Below, piece after piece: positions 40,625-53,825 of a DNA stretch of 64,000 bases; position 1 is the stretch's first letter, and every line of letters starts with the position of its first letter. Made by a program: the position numbers and the translations under genes. The stretch covers positions 19,406,001-19,470,000 of the forward strand of contig OX597843.1 in the NCBI GenBank assembly GCA_951406725.2, in the 5' to 3' direction. The notes below the pieces were generated by a model, which searched no databases, had not been told where the DNA came from, and saw nothing but the letters and a program-made list of their open reading frames with translations. The DNA is from Octopus vulgaris. Lineage: Eukaryota.

Positions 40625-41675
40625 TTTTTACACTGTTTTACACAAAGACAAAGTGTGAGCAATATACTTTCATCGAGAGTTACTTCACGCAGGGAATTAT
40701 AAGATTTTATTAATATTCATGGATAGCCTATTGCTTAGGACTCAGATATCACAAAGGAACATCTCTCGGCTAACACACACATACATATAATCACATACAC
40801 TCGCATTTACACTCAGACACATACGCATATATAATACAGGGACAGTTGTTTGTGTAGAAGGAATGTTGTTACAAAGCACATGGTTTAAAACACAGTATAA
40901 ATCTGTGGCCCGCCGTGCGCCTGACTTTTCTTTCTACCTCACGTCCAATCAATTCCAGTCTGCTGTATGATGCATGTATATGCATATATGGGGGTCTTTG
41001 TGTCTACTTTTGGCCCCAACTACCTCTTAACAAACAACTTCTATCCCTATTTATTTTCATCCTATCCTTTGTGTTTCTTCTTCTTCTTCTTCTTCTTCTT
41101 CTTCTCCCTCCTCCCTCCTCTTCTTCTTCGCGTTGTTCTGTTTCTTATTCGTATCCTCTTCCTCTCCTCCTCTTCCATCTTCTTCTTTTCCTTCTTCTTC
41201 TTCTCCTTCTATCTCTTCGTTTTCTCCTCCCTCTTCTTCTTCTTTCTCTTCTCCTCCTCCTCCCTCTCCTTCTTCTTCTTCTTCTTCTTCTTTTCTTCCT
41301 TCTTTTTCTTCTTGTCTTCCTTCTTTTTTCTTCTTCTTCTTCTTCTTCTTCTTCTTCTTCTTTCTTTTTATAATCCTTTAATTTCTCTAATTCTTCTTCC
41401 TCTTTTACTATTTCTTCTCCATCTTCTTCTCGTTGTTCTTCTTTGAGAGCTTATTCTTTTCCTTTTTCTTCTCTTGCCCCTTCTTCATTTTCTTGTTCTT
41501 TGCGTTTTACGTGTGCTTCTTTGACTTTTTCCTTCTCCTTATTCTTGTTTTTCTTCCTATTCTTCGTGTTTACCAATATGCCTTGTCATTGTTTATTTCA
41601 ATTCAGACCCACATTATTGCATATGTTGCCACAAATATTTTCCATGATTCTTACCCTTGTTCTTTATTGCTACAG

Positions 41676-41747
41676 ATATTTAAACGGAAATAATATTTCG
41701 AGTATTGAACAAGGAAGCTTCGAAGGTCTTCATCGATTGCTGCAATT
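41676..41747 (+). CDS. LRR protein exon B (72 bp)
   Basis: YLNGNNISSIEQGSFEGLHRLLQL; TACAG and GTAAGT; phase 2-2. Confidence 0.9.
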
Positions 41748-42401
41748 GTAAGTTCGTTCAGTCTCGATGATACTATATTATGAATGATGAATGTTATTCT
41801 TACATAACTTTTCCGTCCTCTCGTTTCACTTTCCCTTACTTTTTTAGCCCTCTAACTCATATTCTCTCCCAATATTGGTACAATATCTGCTTGGTTGTTT
41901 CTGAAGGCGAGTCGAACTGGGTTATTATATATGCCTGCATCAAAACTTATCAATGAAAATGTATCTGTGTAAGTTTATGTATATGTTAGTGTCTGCGTGT
42001 AAATATGACTATATTTTATATTCATTTTGTATTCTTTTCTATATCCTGTCCTTGTCTATTCATCTCCAACCTCCTCATTCGCTTCAAGTTACTTGTCTAA
42101 TAAAGCAACTTATAGATGGAGAAGTGAAATATATAAGTACTTAGAATATAGTAATATTTCTTTCTCTTTCTAAGCAATACTAGCTTTTAGCATTCGTAAC
42201 TTGCATCATTTTACTAGCTACCCTTTCTCTAATGAAATACATTCTCTCTCATCATATTTGCGCATTTTCTTTGTCTTCTTCGACTACTCCTTATTCAAAT
42301 AATTCTTGTTTTTCTTATTCCTGCTCTTTTTTCTTCTACTCCTTCTTCATCCTCCTCTTCTTTTCCGTCTTTTTACTCTTCTTCTTCTCTTATTATTATT
42401 A

Positions 42402-42477
<76 letters not shown>

Positions 42478-42534
42478 CATCATTATTATTATTATCGTCA
42501 TCATCATCATCATCATTATTATTATTATTATTAC

Positions 42535-42565
<31 letters not shown>

Positions 42566-42684
42566 ATTATTATTATTAGTATTATTATTTGTCGCAATCT
42601 CTCTTCTCACCCACTCTCCTATTTTATTATTACCCTGCCAATATTTTATTTGTAAACATTTATCGTCCATCTTTTCTGCTATAG

Positions 42685-42756
42685 GTCTCTTCACAGAAAC
42701 AGTATTTCGCATATTTCGAAAGAAATCTTCCAAGGTCTTCCAAGTTTAAAGGAATT
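42685..42756 (+). CDS. LRR protein exon C (72 bp)
   Basis: SLHRNSISHISKEIFQGLPSLKEL; TATAG and GTAAGT; phase 2-2. Confidence 0.9.
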
Positions 42757-43154
42757 GTAAGTTCGTATATTTTAGTTCTTACAACTTTATGAATGCAAAA
42801 TTTCTCTAAATTTAATCTCCTGGCCTTTCACGTTCATTCTCGGCTCTTTTGACTCTTACACATTTTCTGTCCTTAAATTTTAGCAATATTCTCTTGAATC
42901 TATAAAGATGAGCACAACTGGGATTTTATGTTTGCATCAAAGCATAGAAGAATTACATGTATGTTCCTATGCATGGGAATTCTGCCGTATGTGGCTTTGA
43001 CTTTAATAGTTCGGACCCATTTTTTACTCCTCCATTTTCATTCCATTATTGTTCTTTACTGGCTTCTCTTCCTCCAATTTTTTTCTATTCATTTCAATTT
43101 TATTCCTTCATCTTATTCATCAAATACAACCTATAAATGTAGAAGCAGAATATA

Positions 43155-43380
43155 CAATAAAATATTCTGAATATGCTCTTTTGTCACTTCCATTAGAACG
43201 TTGAAAAAGTAAGCGTTAAATTGAACTGCACTATTCATATCTTGAACTAAGAATAAGTACAAAGTAAAATTACAACCTGATTTTATAACGAGTTCGTGTA
43301 AGTAGTTTATCCCGCCCCCCTTCGGCTTTTGGTTCGTCCGATTGAAATAACCGCATTATTTATGAGATAACGCAAAATAA
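43155..43380 (-). mobile_element. Mariner 5' remnant (paralogue of 54946-56150)
   Basis: Minus strand gives MEVTKEHIQNILLY plus upstream sequence and TIR aligning to 55930-56150. Confidence 0.7.
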
Positions 43381-43774
43381 ATGCTTATAACAATTCTCAC
43401 TAATTCGTTTCTCTCTGTAAACGTCATCCGTTTACAGCACATCATTGCCCTCATAATATTCCACATTTTCATATGCTTCTGACTCTCTCGCGTTTTCCTT
43501 TTAAACGGATATTCTCTCTCACCATATTTGCACGTGAGTGTGTGTGAATATGTGTGTGAAATATGGGTATACCAGAACCACGTTTTTACAATCTGTACAT
43601 AAATGTATGCGTGTATGACTTTATATGCATATATGTGTATGTGACTAGGGGCATCTCTGTTATCTTCCCATCAGGTTCTCTCTATTTCAAAGTCCATTCT
43701 CAATCTTCGAAATATTCGTCTCCTTACCTTTAAATATATTTTCGGTTACCTTTTACCACTTTTCAGCAATCCTT

Positions 43775-44237
43775 TTCTTCTTCTTCTTCTTCTTCTTCTT
43801 CTTCTTCTTCTTCTTCTTCTTCTTCTTCTTCTTCTTCTTCTTCTTCTTCTTCTTCTTCTTCTTCTTCTTCTTCTTCTTCTTCTTCTTCGTGATTTTCTTC
43901 TTCTTCTTCTTCTTCTTCTTCTTCTTCATCTTCTTCGTGATTTTCTTCTTCTTCTTCTTCTTCTTCTTCTTCTTCTTCTTCATCTTCTTCGTGATTTTCT
44001 TCTTCTTCTTCTTCTTCTTCTTCTTCTTCTTCTTCTTCTTCTTCTTCTCCTTCTTCTTCTTCTTCTTCTTCTTCTTCTTCTTCTTCTTCTTCTTCTTCGT
44101 GATTTTCTTCTTCTTCTTCTTCATCTTCTTCGTGTTTTTTCTTCTTCTTCTTCTTCTTCTTCTTCTTCTTCTTCTACTTCTTCTTCTTCTTCTTCATGCT
44201 TTTCTTCTTCTTCTTCTTCTTCTTCTTCGTGCTTTTC

Positions 44238-44269
<32 letters not shown>

Positions 44270-44871
44270 CTTCTTCGTGCTTTTCTTCTTCTTCTTCTTC
44301 TTCTTCTTCGTGCTTTTCTTCTTCTTCTTCTTCTTCTTCTTCTTCTTCTTCTACTTCTTCATGCTTTTCTTCTTCTTCTTCTTCTTCTTCTTCATGCTTT
44401 TCTTCTTCTTCTTCTTCTTCTTCTTCTTCTTCTTCTTCGTGCTTCTTCTTCTTCTTCTTCTTCTTCTTCTTCTTCGTGCTTTTCTTCTTCTTCTTCGTGC
44501 TTTTCTTCTTCTTCTTCTTCTTCTTCTTCTTCGTGCTTTTCTTCTTCTTCTTCTTCTTCTTCTTCTACTTCTTCGTGCTTTTCTTCTTCTTCTTCTTTCT
44601 TCTTCTTCTTCTTCTTCTTCTTCTTCTTCGTGCTTTTCTTCTTCTTCTTCTTCTTCGTGATTTTCTTCTTCTTCTTCTTTTTCTTCATCTTCTTCGTCCT
44701 TTTCTTCTTCTTCTTCTTCTTCTTCTTCTTCTTCTTCTTCTTCTACTTCTTCTTCTTCTTCTTCTTCTTCTTCATGCTTTTCTTCTTCTTCTTCTTCTTC
44801 TTCTTCTTCTTCTTCGTTCTTCTTCTTCTTCTTCTTCTTCTTCTTCTTCTTCTTCTTCTTCGTGCTTTTCT

Positions 44872-44903
<32 letters not shown>

Positions 44904-45220
44904 TTCTTCTTCGTGCTTTTCTTCTTCTTCTTCTTCTTCTTCTTCTTCTTCTTCTTCGTGCTTTTCTTCTTCTTCTTCATGCTTTTCTTCTTCTTCTTAT
45001 TATTATTATTATTCGTGCTTTTCTTCTTCTTCTTCTTCTTCTTCTTCTTCTTCTTCTTCGTGCTTTTCTTCTTCTTCTTCTTCTTCTTCTTCTTCTCCTT
45101 CGTGCTTTTCTTCTTCTTCTTCTTCTTCTTCTTTTTCGTGCTTTTCTTCTTCTTCTTCTTCTTCTTCTTCTTCTTCTTCTTCTTCTTCTTCTTCTTCTTT
45201 TTCGTGCTTTTCTTCTTCTT

Positions 45221-45251
<31 letters not shown>

Positions 45252-46358
45252 TTCTTCGTGCTTTTCTTCTTCTTCTTCTTCTTCGTGCTTTTCTTCTTCT
45301 TCTTCTTCTTCTTCTTCTTCTTCTTCTTCTTCTTCTTCTTCTTCTTCGTGCTTTTCTTCTTCTTCTTCTTCTTCTTCTTCTTCTTCTTCTTCTTCTTCTT
45401 CTTCTTCTTCTTCTTCTTCGCGCTTTTCTTCTTCTTCTTCTTCTTCTTCTTCGTGCTTTTCTTCTTCTTTTTCTTCTTCTTCTTCTTCTTCTTCTTGCTT
45501 TTCTTCTTCTTCTTCTTCGTGCTTTTCTTCTTCTTCTTCGTGCTTTTCTTCTTCTTCTTCTTCTTCTTCTTCTTCTTCTTCTTCTTCTTCTTCGTGCTTT
45601 TCTTCTTCTTCTTCTTCTTCTTCTTCTTCTTCTTCTTCGTGCTTTTCTTCTTCTTCTTCTTCTTCTTCTTCTTCTTCTTCTTCTTCTTCTTGCTTTTCTT
45701 CTTCTTCTTCTTCTTCTTCTTCTTCTTCTTCTTCTTCTTCTTCTTCTTCTTCTTCTTCTTCTTCTTCTTCGTGCTTTTCTTCTTCTTCTTCTTCTTCTTC
45801 TTCTTCTTCTTCTTCTTCTTCTTCTTCTTCTTCTTCTTCGTGCTTTTCTTCTTCTTCTTCTTCTTCTTCTTCTTCTTCTTCTTCTTCTTCTTCTTCTTCT
45901 TCTTCTTCTTCTTCTTCTTCTTCTTCGTGCTTTTCTTCTTCTTCTTCTTCTTCTTCTTCTTCTTCGTGCTTTTCTTCTTCTTCTTCTTCTTCTTCTTCTT
46001 CTTCTTCTTCTTCTTCTTCTTCTTCTTCTTCTTCTTCTTCTTCGTTTCTTTCTTCTTTCTTCTTCTTCTTCTTCTTCTTCGTGCTTTTCTTCTTCTTCTT
46101 CTTCTTCTTCTTCGTGCTTTTCTTCTTCTTCTTCTTCTTCTTCTTCTTCTTCTTCTTCTTCTTCTTCTTCTTCTTCTTCTTCTTCTTCTTCTTCTTCTTC
46201 TTCTTCTTCTTCTTCGTGCTTTTCTTCTTCTTCTTCTTCTTCTTCGTGCTTTTCTTCTTCTTCTTCTTCTTCTTCTTCTTCTTCTTCTTCTTCGTGCTTT
46301 TCTTCTTCTTCTTCTTCTTCTTGTTCTTCTTGTTCTTCTTGTTTTTCTTCGTGCTTTT

Positions 46359-46389
<31 letters not shown>

Positions 46390-46460
46390 TTCTTCTTCGT
46401 GCTTTTCTTCTTCTTCTTCTTCTTCTTCTTCTTCTTCTCCTTGCTTTTCTTCTTCTTCCT
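43775..46460. repeat. About 2.7-kb interrupted (TTC)n array
   Basis: (TTC)n runs punctuated by GTGCTTT/GTGATTT. Confidence 0.97.
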
Positions 46461-46547
46461 GTACTTTTTCTCCTAGTGCTTCTTTTCTTCTTCTTCGTTT
46501 TATCCCTCTTCCATAACAAATCTTATCATCATTCTTTACTGCTACAG

Positions 46548-46619
46548 ATATTTATACAGGAATAATATTTCGAGCATTGAACAAGGAAGCTTCGAGGATC
46601 TTCCTAGACTAAAGATATT
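46548..46619 (+). CDS. LRR protein exon D (72 bp)
   Basis: YLYRNNISSIEQGSFEDLPRLKIL; TACAG and GTAAGT; phase 2-2. Confidence 0.9.
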
Positions 46620-46879
46620 GTAAGTTCTTCAGTTTTATTAAGAAATTATGACTTTTCATATCTTTTCTGTAATTTAATTCCACTTTTCTCTCGCTCTTTT
46701 TATCACACTAACTCATAATCTGCTCCCATATTGGTAATATATCTGTATGATTACTTCTTCTAATTCGTCTTCTTCGTCTTCTTTCTCTTCTTTGTTTCCG
46801 CGCTCTTTCTCTTCTCTATTGCTCTTCTTCTTCTTGTAGTTATTATTGTTACTGATGTTGCTATTGCTCTTCATTATTA

Positions 46880-46947
<68 letters not shown>

Positions 46948-47152
46948 TATCATGTTTGTCTTTTTTTTCCTCTTTTTCTTTTTCATGCCGTCATTTTCCT
47001 TGCTCGTGCTTTTCATCTTTCGTTTCTTCTGATCCATCTTCTTCATCTTCTTTTGCCCTTCTTGTTATGCTTCTTCATCATCATCTTCTTGGCCTCCTTT
47101 TATCAGAAATCTTTCATTTACACTTTCCTTTATACATTGTTTTATGTTACAG

Positions 47153-47224
47153 ATATCTGAAGAATAATACGATCGAAAAAATCGATCAGCGAATCTTCCA
47201 CAACCTTACCGGTTTAAAGATATT
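47153..47224 (+). CDS. LRR protein exon E (72 bp)
   Basis: YLKNNTIEKIDQRIFHNLTGLKIL; TACAG and GTAAGT; phase 2-2. Confidence 0.9.
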
Positions 47225-48369
47225 GTAAGTTCAATTTTTGTTGGTAATATTTTATTAATGTACTACCTCTATAATTTATATATCTTCTCTTTTTTACTCA
47301 GTCTCACTCTCTCTCTCTCTCTCTCTTTCTATCTAACTTATTTTCAAGATTCTGTCTAAGTGATTATGATTCTATGTGAATACGCATCTTTGTATTTCTG
47401 TGTGTGTGAATGTTCCTCAAGTTCCTATGCGTGTGTAAGAACAATCATAGTCATTAGCAGTAAATAATGATCTTAATTATTTCTCACGGTTTTTAAATCA
47501 TTCCCTCCTCCAATGAAATATCTTAACGACATGCGTACACACAGCCTGGCAAACGTACCAACACACAATGGGAGCAACACATTTTTTCATGGAATGTTAG
47601 AAATTTTACCATGAGAAAATAAAACATTTATGCAACTACAGGGATTTTGTATTATGGAAATGAAGTGAATATATACAATTAAATATACATATATATATAT
47701 ATATATATGTGTGTGTTGTGTGTGTGTGTGTGTGTGTGTGCGTGTAAACAAACATATATTCGCTCTCATCAAATTTGCGGTTGAGTGTTTTTTCATTGTA
47801 ACAATGTGAGTGTGTAGGCGTAACAGCACAGTGCAAAACTGTATGTGCATGTGTGTGTATCTGACAGAGTGTATCTGGGATTTTCGTTTCCAACTTGTTC
47901 TCTTTCTCCAGATTACCTTCTCATACTCCGAGTTATTAGTTAAAATTTCTGTTTTAATCTTATTTATCGTGTTCGTTTTAAAGACCTTCTTCATCTCCGT
48001 CTTCTGCTTTCTTCTGTTCTTCTTCTTCTTATTCTTCTTCTAACGACTACTACATTTTCTACTACTACTGCTACTACATTTTCTACACCTGTATCTCACC
48101 CTTCCTAATTCTCATCGTATTCTTCTTTCTCCTTTTCTCCGTCGTCACCATTCTTCCTTCCCCTAGTTTAATTCTCCTCACTCAATATTAACATATTATA
48201 TTCATCTGCTGCATCATTATACAATCAGCAATATCATCCAACGATAATTCTAATTACTTATTGTCTTCCCATTTTGCTTTTCTTCCAACTTTTGTCTTCT
48301 CTAATTCATATGCTCTCTCTCTCTCTCTCTCTCTCTCAGTTTCTGTTTAAATCTATTTTAGAATTTTTG

Positions 48370-49680
48370 AGTATATGTGTGAAGGTATGCGTGTGAAGGT
48401 ATGTGTGTGAAGGTATGCGTGTGAAGGTATGCGTGTGAAGGTATGTGTGTGAAGGTATGTGTGAGAAGGTATGCGTGTGAAGGTATGCGCGTGAAGGTAT
48501 GTGTGTGAAGGTATGTGTGTGAAGGTATGCGTGTGAAGGTATGCGTGTGAAGGTATGCGTGTGAAGGTATGCGTGTGAAGGTATGTGTGTGAAGGTATAT
48601 GTGTGAAGGTATGCGTGTTTGAGTATATGTGTGAAGGTATGCGTGTGAAGGTATGCGTGTGAAGGTATGTGTGTGAATGTATGTGTGTGAAGGTATGCGT
48701 GTGAAGGTATGCGCGTGAAGGTATGTGTGTGAAGGTATGTGTGTGAAGGTATGCGTGTGAAGGTATGCGTGTGAAGGTATGCGTGTGAAGGTATGCGTGT
48801 GAAGGTATGTGTGTGAAGGTATATGTGTGAAGGTATGCATGTTTGAGTATATGTGTGAAGGTATGCGTGTGAAGGTATGCGTGTGAAGGTATGTGTGTGA
48901 AGGTATGTGTGTGAAGGTATGCGTGTGAAGGTATGTGTGTGAAGGTATGTGTGTGAAGGTATGCGTGTGAAGGTATGCGTGTGAAGGTATGTGTGTGAAG
49001 GTATGCGTGTGAAGGTATGTGTGTGAAGGTATGCGTGTGAAGGTATGCGTGTGAAGGTATGTGTGTGAAGGTATGTGTGTGAAGGTATGCGTGTGAAGGT
49101 ATGTGTGTGAAGGTATGTGTGTGAAGGTATGCGTGTGAAGGTATGTGTGTGAAGGTATGTGTGTGAAGGTATGCGTTAGAAGGTATGTGTGTGAAGGTAT
49201 GCGTGTGAAGGTATGCGTGTGAAGGTATGTGTGTGAAGCTATGTGTGTGAAGGTATGCGTGTGAAGGTATGCGTGTGAAGGTATGCGTGTGAAGGTATGT
49301 GTGTGAAGGTATGTGTGTGAAGGTATGCGTGTGAAGGTATGTGTGTGAAGGTATGTGTGTGAAGGTATGTGTGTGAAGGTATGCGTTAGAAGGTATGTGT
49401 GTGAAGGTATGCGTTAGAAGGTATGTGTGTGAAGGTATGCGTGTGAAGGTATGTGTGTGAAGGTATGCGTTAGAAGGTATGTGTGTGAAGGTATGTGTGT
49501 GAAGGTATGCGTGTGAAGGTATGCGTGTGAAGGTATGTGTGTGAAGGTATGTGTGTGAAGGTATGCGTGTGAAGGTATGCGTGTGAAGGTATGTGTGTGA
49601 AGGTATGCGTGTGAAGGTATGTGTGTGAAGGTATGCGTGTGAAGGTATGTGTGTGAAGGCATGCGTGTGAAGGTATGTGT
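48370..49680. repeat. 14-bp minisatellite GTGAAGGTATG(C/T)GT, about 93 copies
   Basis: Directly visible. Confidence 0.97.
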
Positions 49681-50315
49681 GGGTGCATCAACATCAGCGA
49701 TAGATATCCTCGGCAAAATTCTATGTGTGTATGCTCATATGTGTGACTGTACTATTTATATTCATATTTATTTTCTTCTCCCCTATTCTGATTTTCCTTG
49801 TTATTCTCCTCATCCTCCTTCTATTATGTCTTTCCTTCCTGCATCTTTCGTCTTCCTCACAATTTCTCTCTACATCCTTCATCTTCACCATCTTGTGTTT
49901 CTTCTCCGTATTTAAAGATTTTCAGCTGATCTTTCCATTTCTAATTCGTCGTTTTCACTTCATCGTATTTTACTCGCACTTTTATAAATCCATACATTCC
50001 ACCACTTATTTCCCTTCACCATCCTCAGTAATTCCGCTCAATTACTCATTGTGCATCGCCTCTCTATTCCACCTTCTGCTCCCGCTTCCTGTACTACCCA
50101 CCTCCTATCCACTTCATACTTCCGCTCTTCCTCTCCTCTCAGTTCCTACATCCCCTCCTCTTCTATCCCCCTCTCCAAATCGTCCCCTTCATTAACTTTG
50201 TCATACTTTTCTTTCATAGCCCTCTTTTCTTCATTTGAGTTTAAAACTCCAAATTTAATGTTTTATCCGACAACGTTTCTGTATTATTTCTTTTATAATC
50301 TGTTTCATGTAAAAG

Positions 50316-50387
50316 AACATTTGAGCATAATAAGATCGAGAAAGTCGAACGTGGAACCTTCCAAAGTCTTACCAATTTACAGGAATT
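50316..50387 (+). CDS. LRR protein exon A' (72 bp, atypical acceptor)
   Basis: TFEHNKIEKVERGTFQSLTNLQEL; acceptor CATGTAAAAG, donor GTAAGT; paralogue of exon A. Confidence 0.8.
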
Positions 50388-52139
50388 GTAAGTTCAATTT
50401 TCGTTGATATTTTATTAACGTAATATCACTAGAAAGTTCATGTCTTCACTTTCTTAATTTTTCTTTCTGCATTTCTAATTTATATTCTACCATTATATCT
50501 CCGTTTGTATGGTTATGAAGACGTGTAGGAGTGTATATGTCTCTGTGTGAATGAATAAATGTGTTGTGCATGAGAGTATTATTTTATGCAAACATATATA
50601 TCTTTATCTGTGTGTGGAGGGTTCATTTCATATCTCTGTCGGTGTCTGAGTGGATCTGTAACAGAAATCATAGTTATTAACAGAAAATCGTGCGACTAAA
50701 AACATTTTTACACGGTTTTCCTATCATTCTTTTACCCAAATGGAATACATTTCTCACATGCATACACACACACACGCGCGCAGATATGCATATATGCAGA
50801 CACAGATGTTAGTGTAGTAACATGTTTGTTACATACTACATGGTTCAAGACAGAAGACTGAGTGTCACACCGTGGATATGCGCATGACGTTCCCTTTTTT
50901 CTCGGGTTAAGCAATTCCTTTTGAGTGGGTTTGACAGACAGAAATTGATAGAGTCTGCTGTATGGTACATGTATATACATATATGTGCATCTTTGTGTCT
51001 GTTTGTGTCCTCAACCATCTCTTAACTAATTGCGCTGGTACTTCCTACGCCGTAACTTACCGGTTCAGCAAAACTGACCAATAGAATAAGTAAGAAGCCT
51101 TCAGAAATAAGTACAGGTGTTCGATACATTCGACTAAAGTCTTTCAAGGTGGTGTTCTAGGATGGCCGAAGTGTAATGAGTGAAATAAGTAAAAGATAAA
51201 GATAGGCATATATAATATGCATCAGTGAAATGACAGAATGATCTAACGTAGGACTTCTTCAAATATTCAACTGAGAAAGCATATTTTACACCTTTGAATG
51301 ATTGTAAGGAATACGCTGTATATTAATTCTATCATCTCATCAATACTCTATGCTTGTGGCATAAAGAAACAATTTTAGTGTTTTGCAATAAAAAAACCCA
51401 TCGTTTCATTAATTCTCTCCTATTTCTCTGTGCATAAACTCTTCAGATTCTGTGAAATTTCAGGTGAATATTAAATGTCTGGACTATTCCACACTCTCAT
51501 GTTATACCGATATTTCTACATTTTCATCTACTTTTTTTACCTTTCTTCAGCATCTCCATTTCCTATTTCTTTCTTTTTCCTTTTCGCTTGCCTTTCTTCT
51601 TTTCATTCGTTCTTCTTTTTCTTCACTTCTTTCTTTATTTTCCTTTCCTTTCTTTTCCTCGATATCCTCGTCATCATCTTCAACGTCTTCATCACTGTCA
51701 TCACCAAGATATTCAGTCATTATTGTCATCAGTATTAAGCTAGCATTCATATCCGAATCTCCAACATCATCATCATTAACATCATTTTTAGTGTCCTAAT
51801 CGTTATCGCTTTGAGCATTATCCTTGTCATTACTCTCCTCCTCCTCCTCCTCCTCCTCATCATCATCATCATCATCATTATCATCACCATGGCATCGATT
51901 TATTATTGTAATCTTACTTTCCTTATACTTAATCATACATAATTGTCTCACTAATTCTTGATATTTTCATTACCTTCTTACTCCACTTGTTTCTCATTAA
52001 TACCCTCTTTCCGCTCCTCCTCCTCCTCCTTCTCATCGTCATCATCGTCATCGCAATCACCATCATCATCATTATTATTGTCATCATCACCGTGATTTCC
52101 TCAACGTATTATTCATCACTAATCATTCTCGTCAGTATC

Positions 52140-52180
<41 letters not shown>

Positions 52181-52806
52181 TAAATAATAAATATAATGAT
52201 TATAATCAACATCATCATCATCATCATCATCATCTTCTTCTTCATCTACAGAATTGTTAGGTTATTCATTGATATTTACATTAACACGAACATCATCAAC
52301 ATTCTCATCCTGTTCCGCATTATTCGTCGTCATTAATTTCATAATTATCATCATCAACATTATCATCAGAGTCATCAACATCATCATAGTAATATTCCCC
52401 TTCAGCTTTATCATCATCTCCATCATCATCATCATATATCATCGTCATCATCATCATGATTATCATCCTCTGACATTCCTTCCTTCATCGAGACTCTTTT
52501 AATATATGACCAGAAGTCTTTACAATTTCTACTCGAACGAATCCATTGTCTCAATCGTAACACCTTTCCCTTCATCTTTTCCGCCTCACCCATTCCTTTT
52601 ATACCTCACTTTTGTTCTTCTCCACCTCCTCCTTTTCACCCTCTTCTTCCCCTTCAACATCATAATCTATGTCATCATCATCATCATAACATTTTTCTCA
52701 TTATTATTCTTATACTTATTATTTTGTGCCTTCTTCATGAGCGTCGTTATCGTGGTGTCGTTTTCCTTCTCTGCACCTTCTTCTTCTTCATCTTCTTCTT
52801 CTTAAT

Positions 52807-52849
<43 letters not shown>

Positions 52850-53121
52850 AACTTCTGCTTCTTTTTTCCTTCATATTTTACCTCTTTCTTATTCTTCTCC
52901 TTTACTTCTATTTCTTCTTCTTCTTCTTCTTCTTCTTCTTCTTCTTCTCCCTCTTCTTCTTCTTCCTACATCTTCTCTTTCAGCCTCGTCGTCTTCTCTT
53001 CAGTTTTTCTTTCTGTTATTCTTGTTTGCCATAATCTGTCTTGTCATCGTTTGTTTTATTTCAATATGTAATCAAACACATTTTCCATAAACACTGTTAT
53101 CCTGTTCCTTTATTGCTTCAG

Positions 53122-53193
53122 GTATTTAAATGGAAATAATATTTCGAGTATTGAACAAGGAAGCTTCCAAGGCCTTTACCGATTGCAGCAATT
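53122..53193 (+). CDS. LRR protein exon B' (72 bp)
   Basis: YLNGNNISSIEQGSFQGLYRLQQL; TTCAG and GTAAGT. Confidence 0.9.
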
Positions 53194-53359
53194 GTAAGTT
53201 CGTTCACTTTTGTTAAGATTACATTATGGACGCTATTTTTATGTAACTTTGCTGTGCCCTCGTTTCTCTTTCCCTCGCTCTTTTTTTCACTCTAACGCAT
53301 ATTCTGTTCCCATATTGGTACAATATATGTTTGAACTTTTCTAAAGCCGTGTTAGACAA

Positions 53360-53409
<50 letters not shown>

Positions 53410-53496
53410 TACTAGTCTGCATCAAGACTTATTAACAAAAACGAAAATGTATACCGGTATGTTCGTGTAAATGTTAGTGTTTGCATGTACATCTGA

Positions 53497-53825
53497 GCCC
53501 CCCCTCGGTCATGATACTGACTATTTAGAAAATTACCCTCCCAGGCACAAGTCCAGGCAAGGTTGTTTATGGAAGGCCAGCAGTCGCCCATGCATGCCGC
53601 CTCCTCTCCCCATGCCACAAGTGTTATCTAAGGGAAAGGCAAAGGGGCCGATACAGCTTGGCACCTGTGACGTCGCAACTCATTTCTACAGCTGAGTGAA
53701 CTGGAGCAACGTGAAATAAAGTGCCTTGCTCAAAAACACAGCACGCATCACGGTCCGGGATTCGAACTCAACAACCTCATGATCGTAAGCTCGACGCTCT
53801 AACTACCGAGCCATGCGCCTTCACA
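53497..53825 (-). mobile_element. tRNA-derived SINE family 2, full-length
   Basis: Aligns to 3405-3740. Absent from the paralogous position after exon B, so it probably inserted after the duplication. Confidence 0.85.

Noticed and set aside
43753-46565. Poly-Phe/Leu/Ser/Lys/Arg ORFs up to 875 aa
   Set aside because: Translations of the (TTC)n array.
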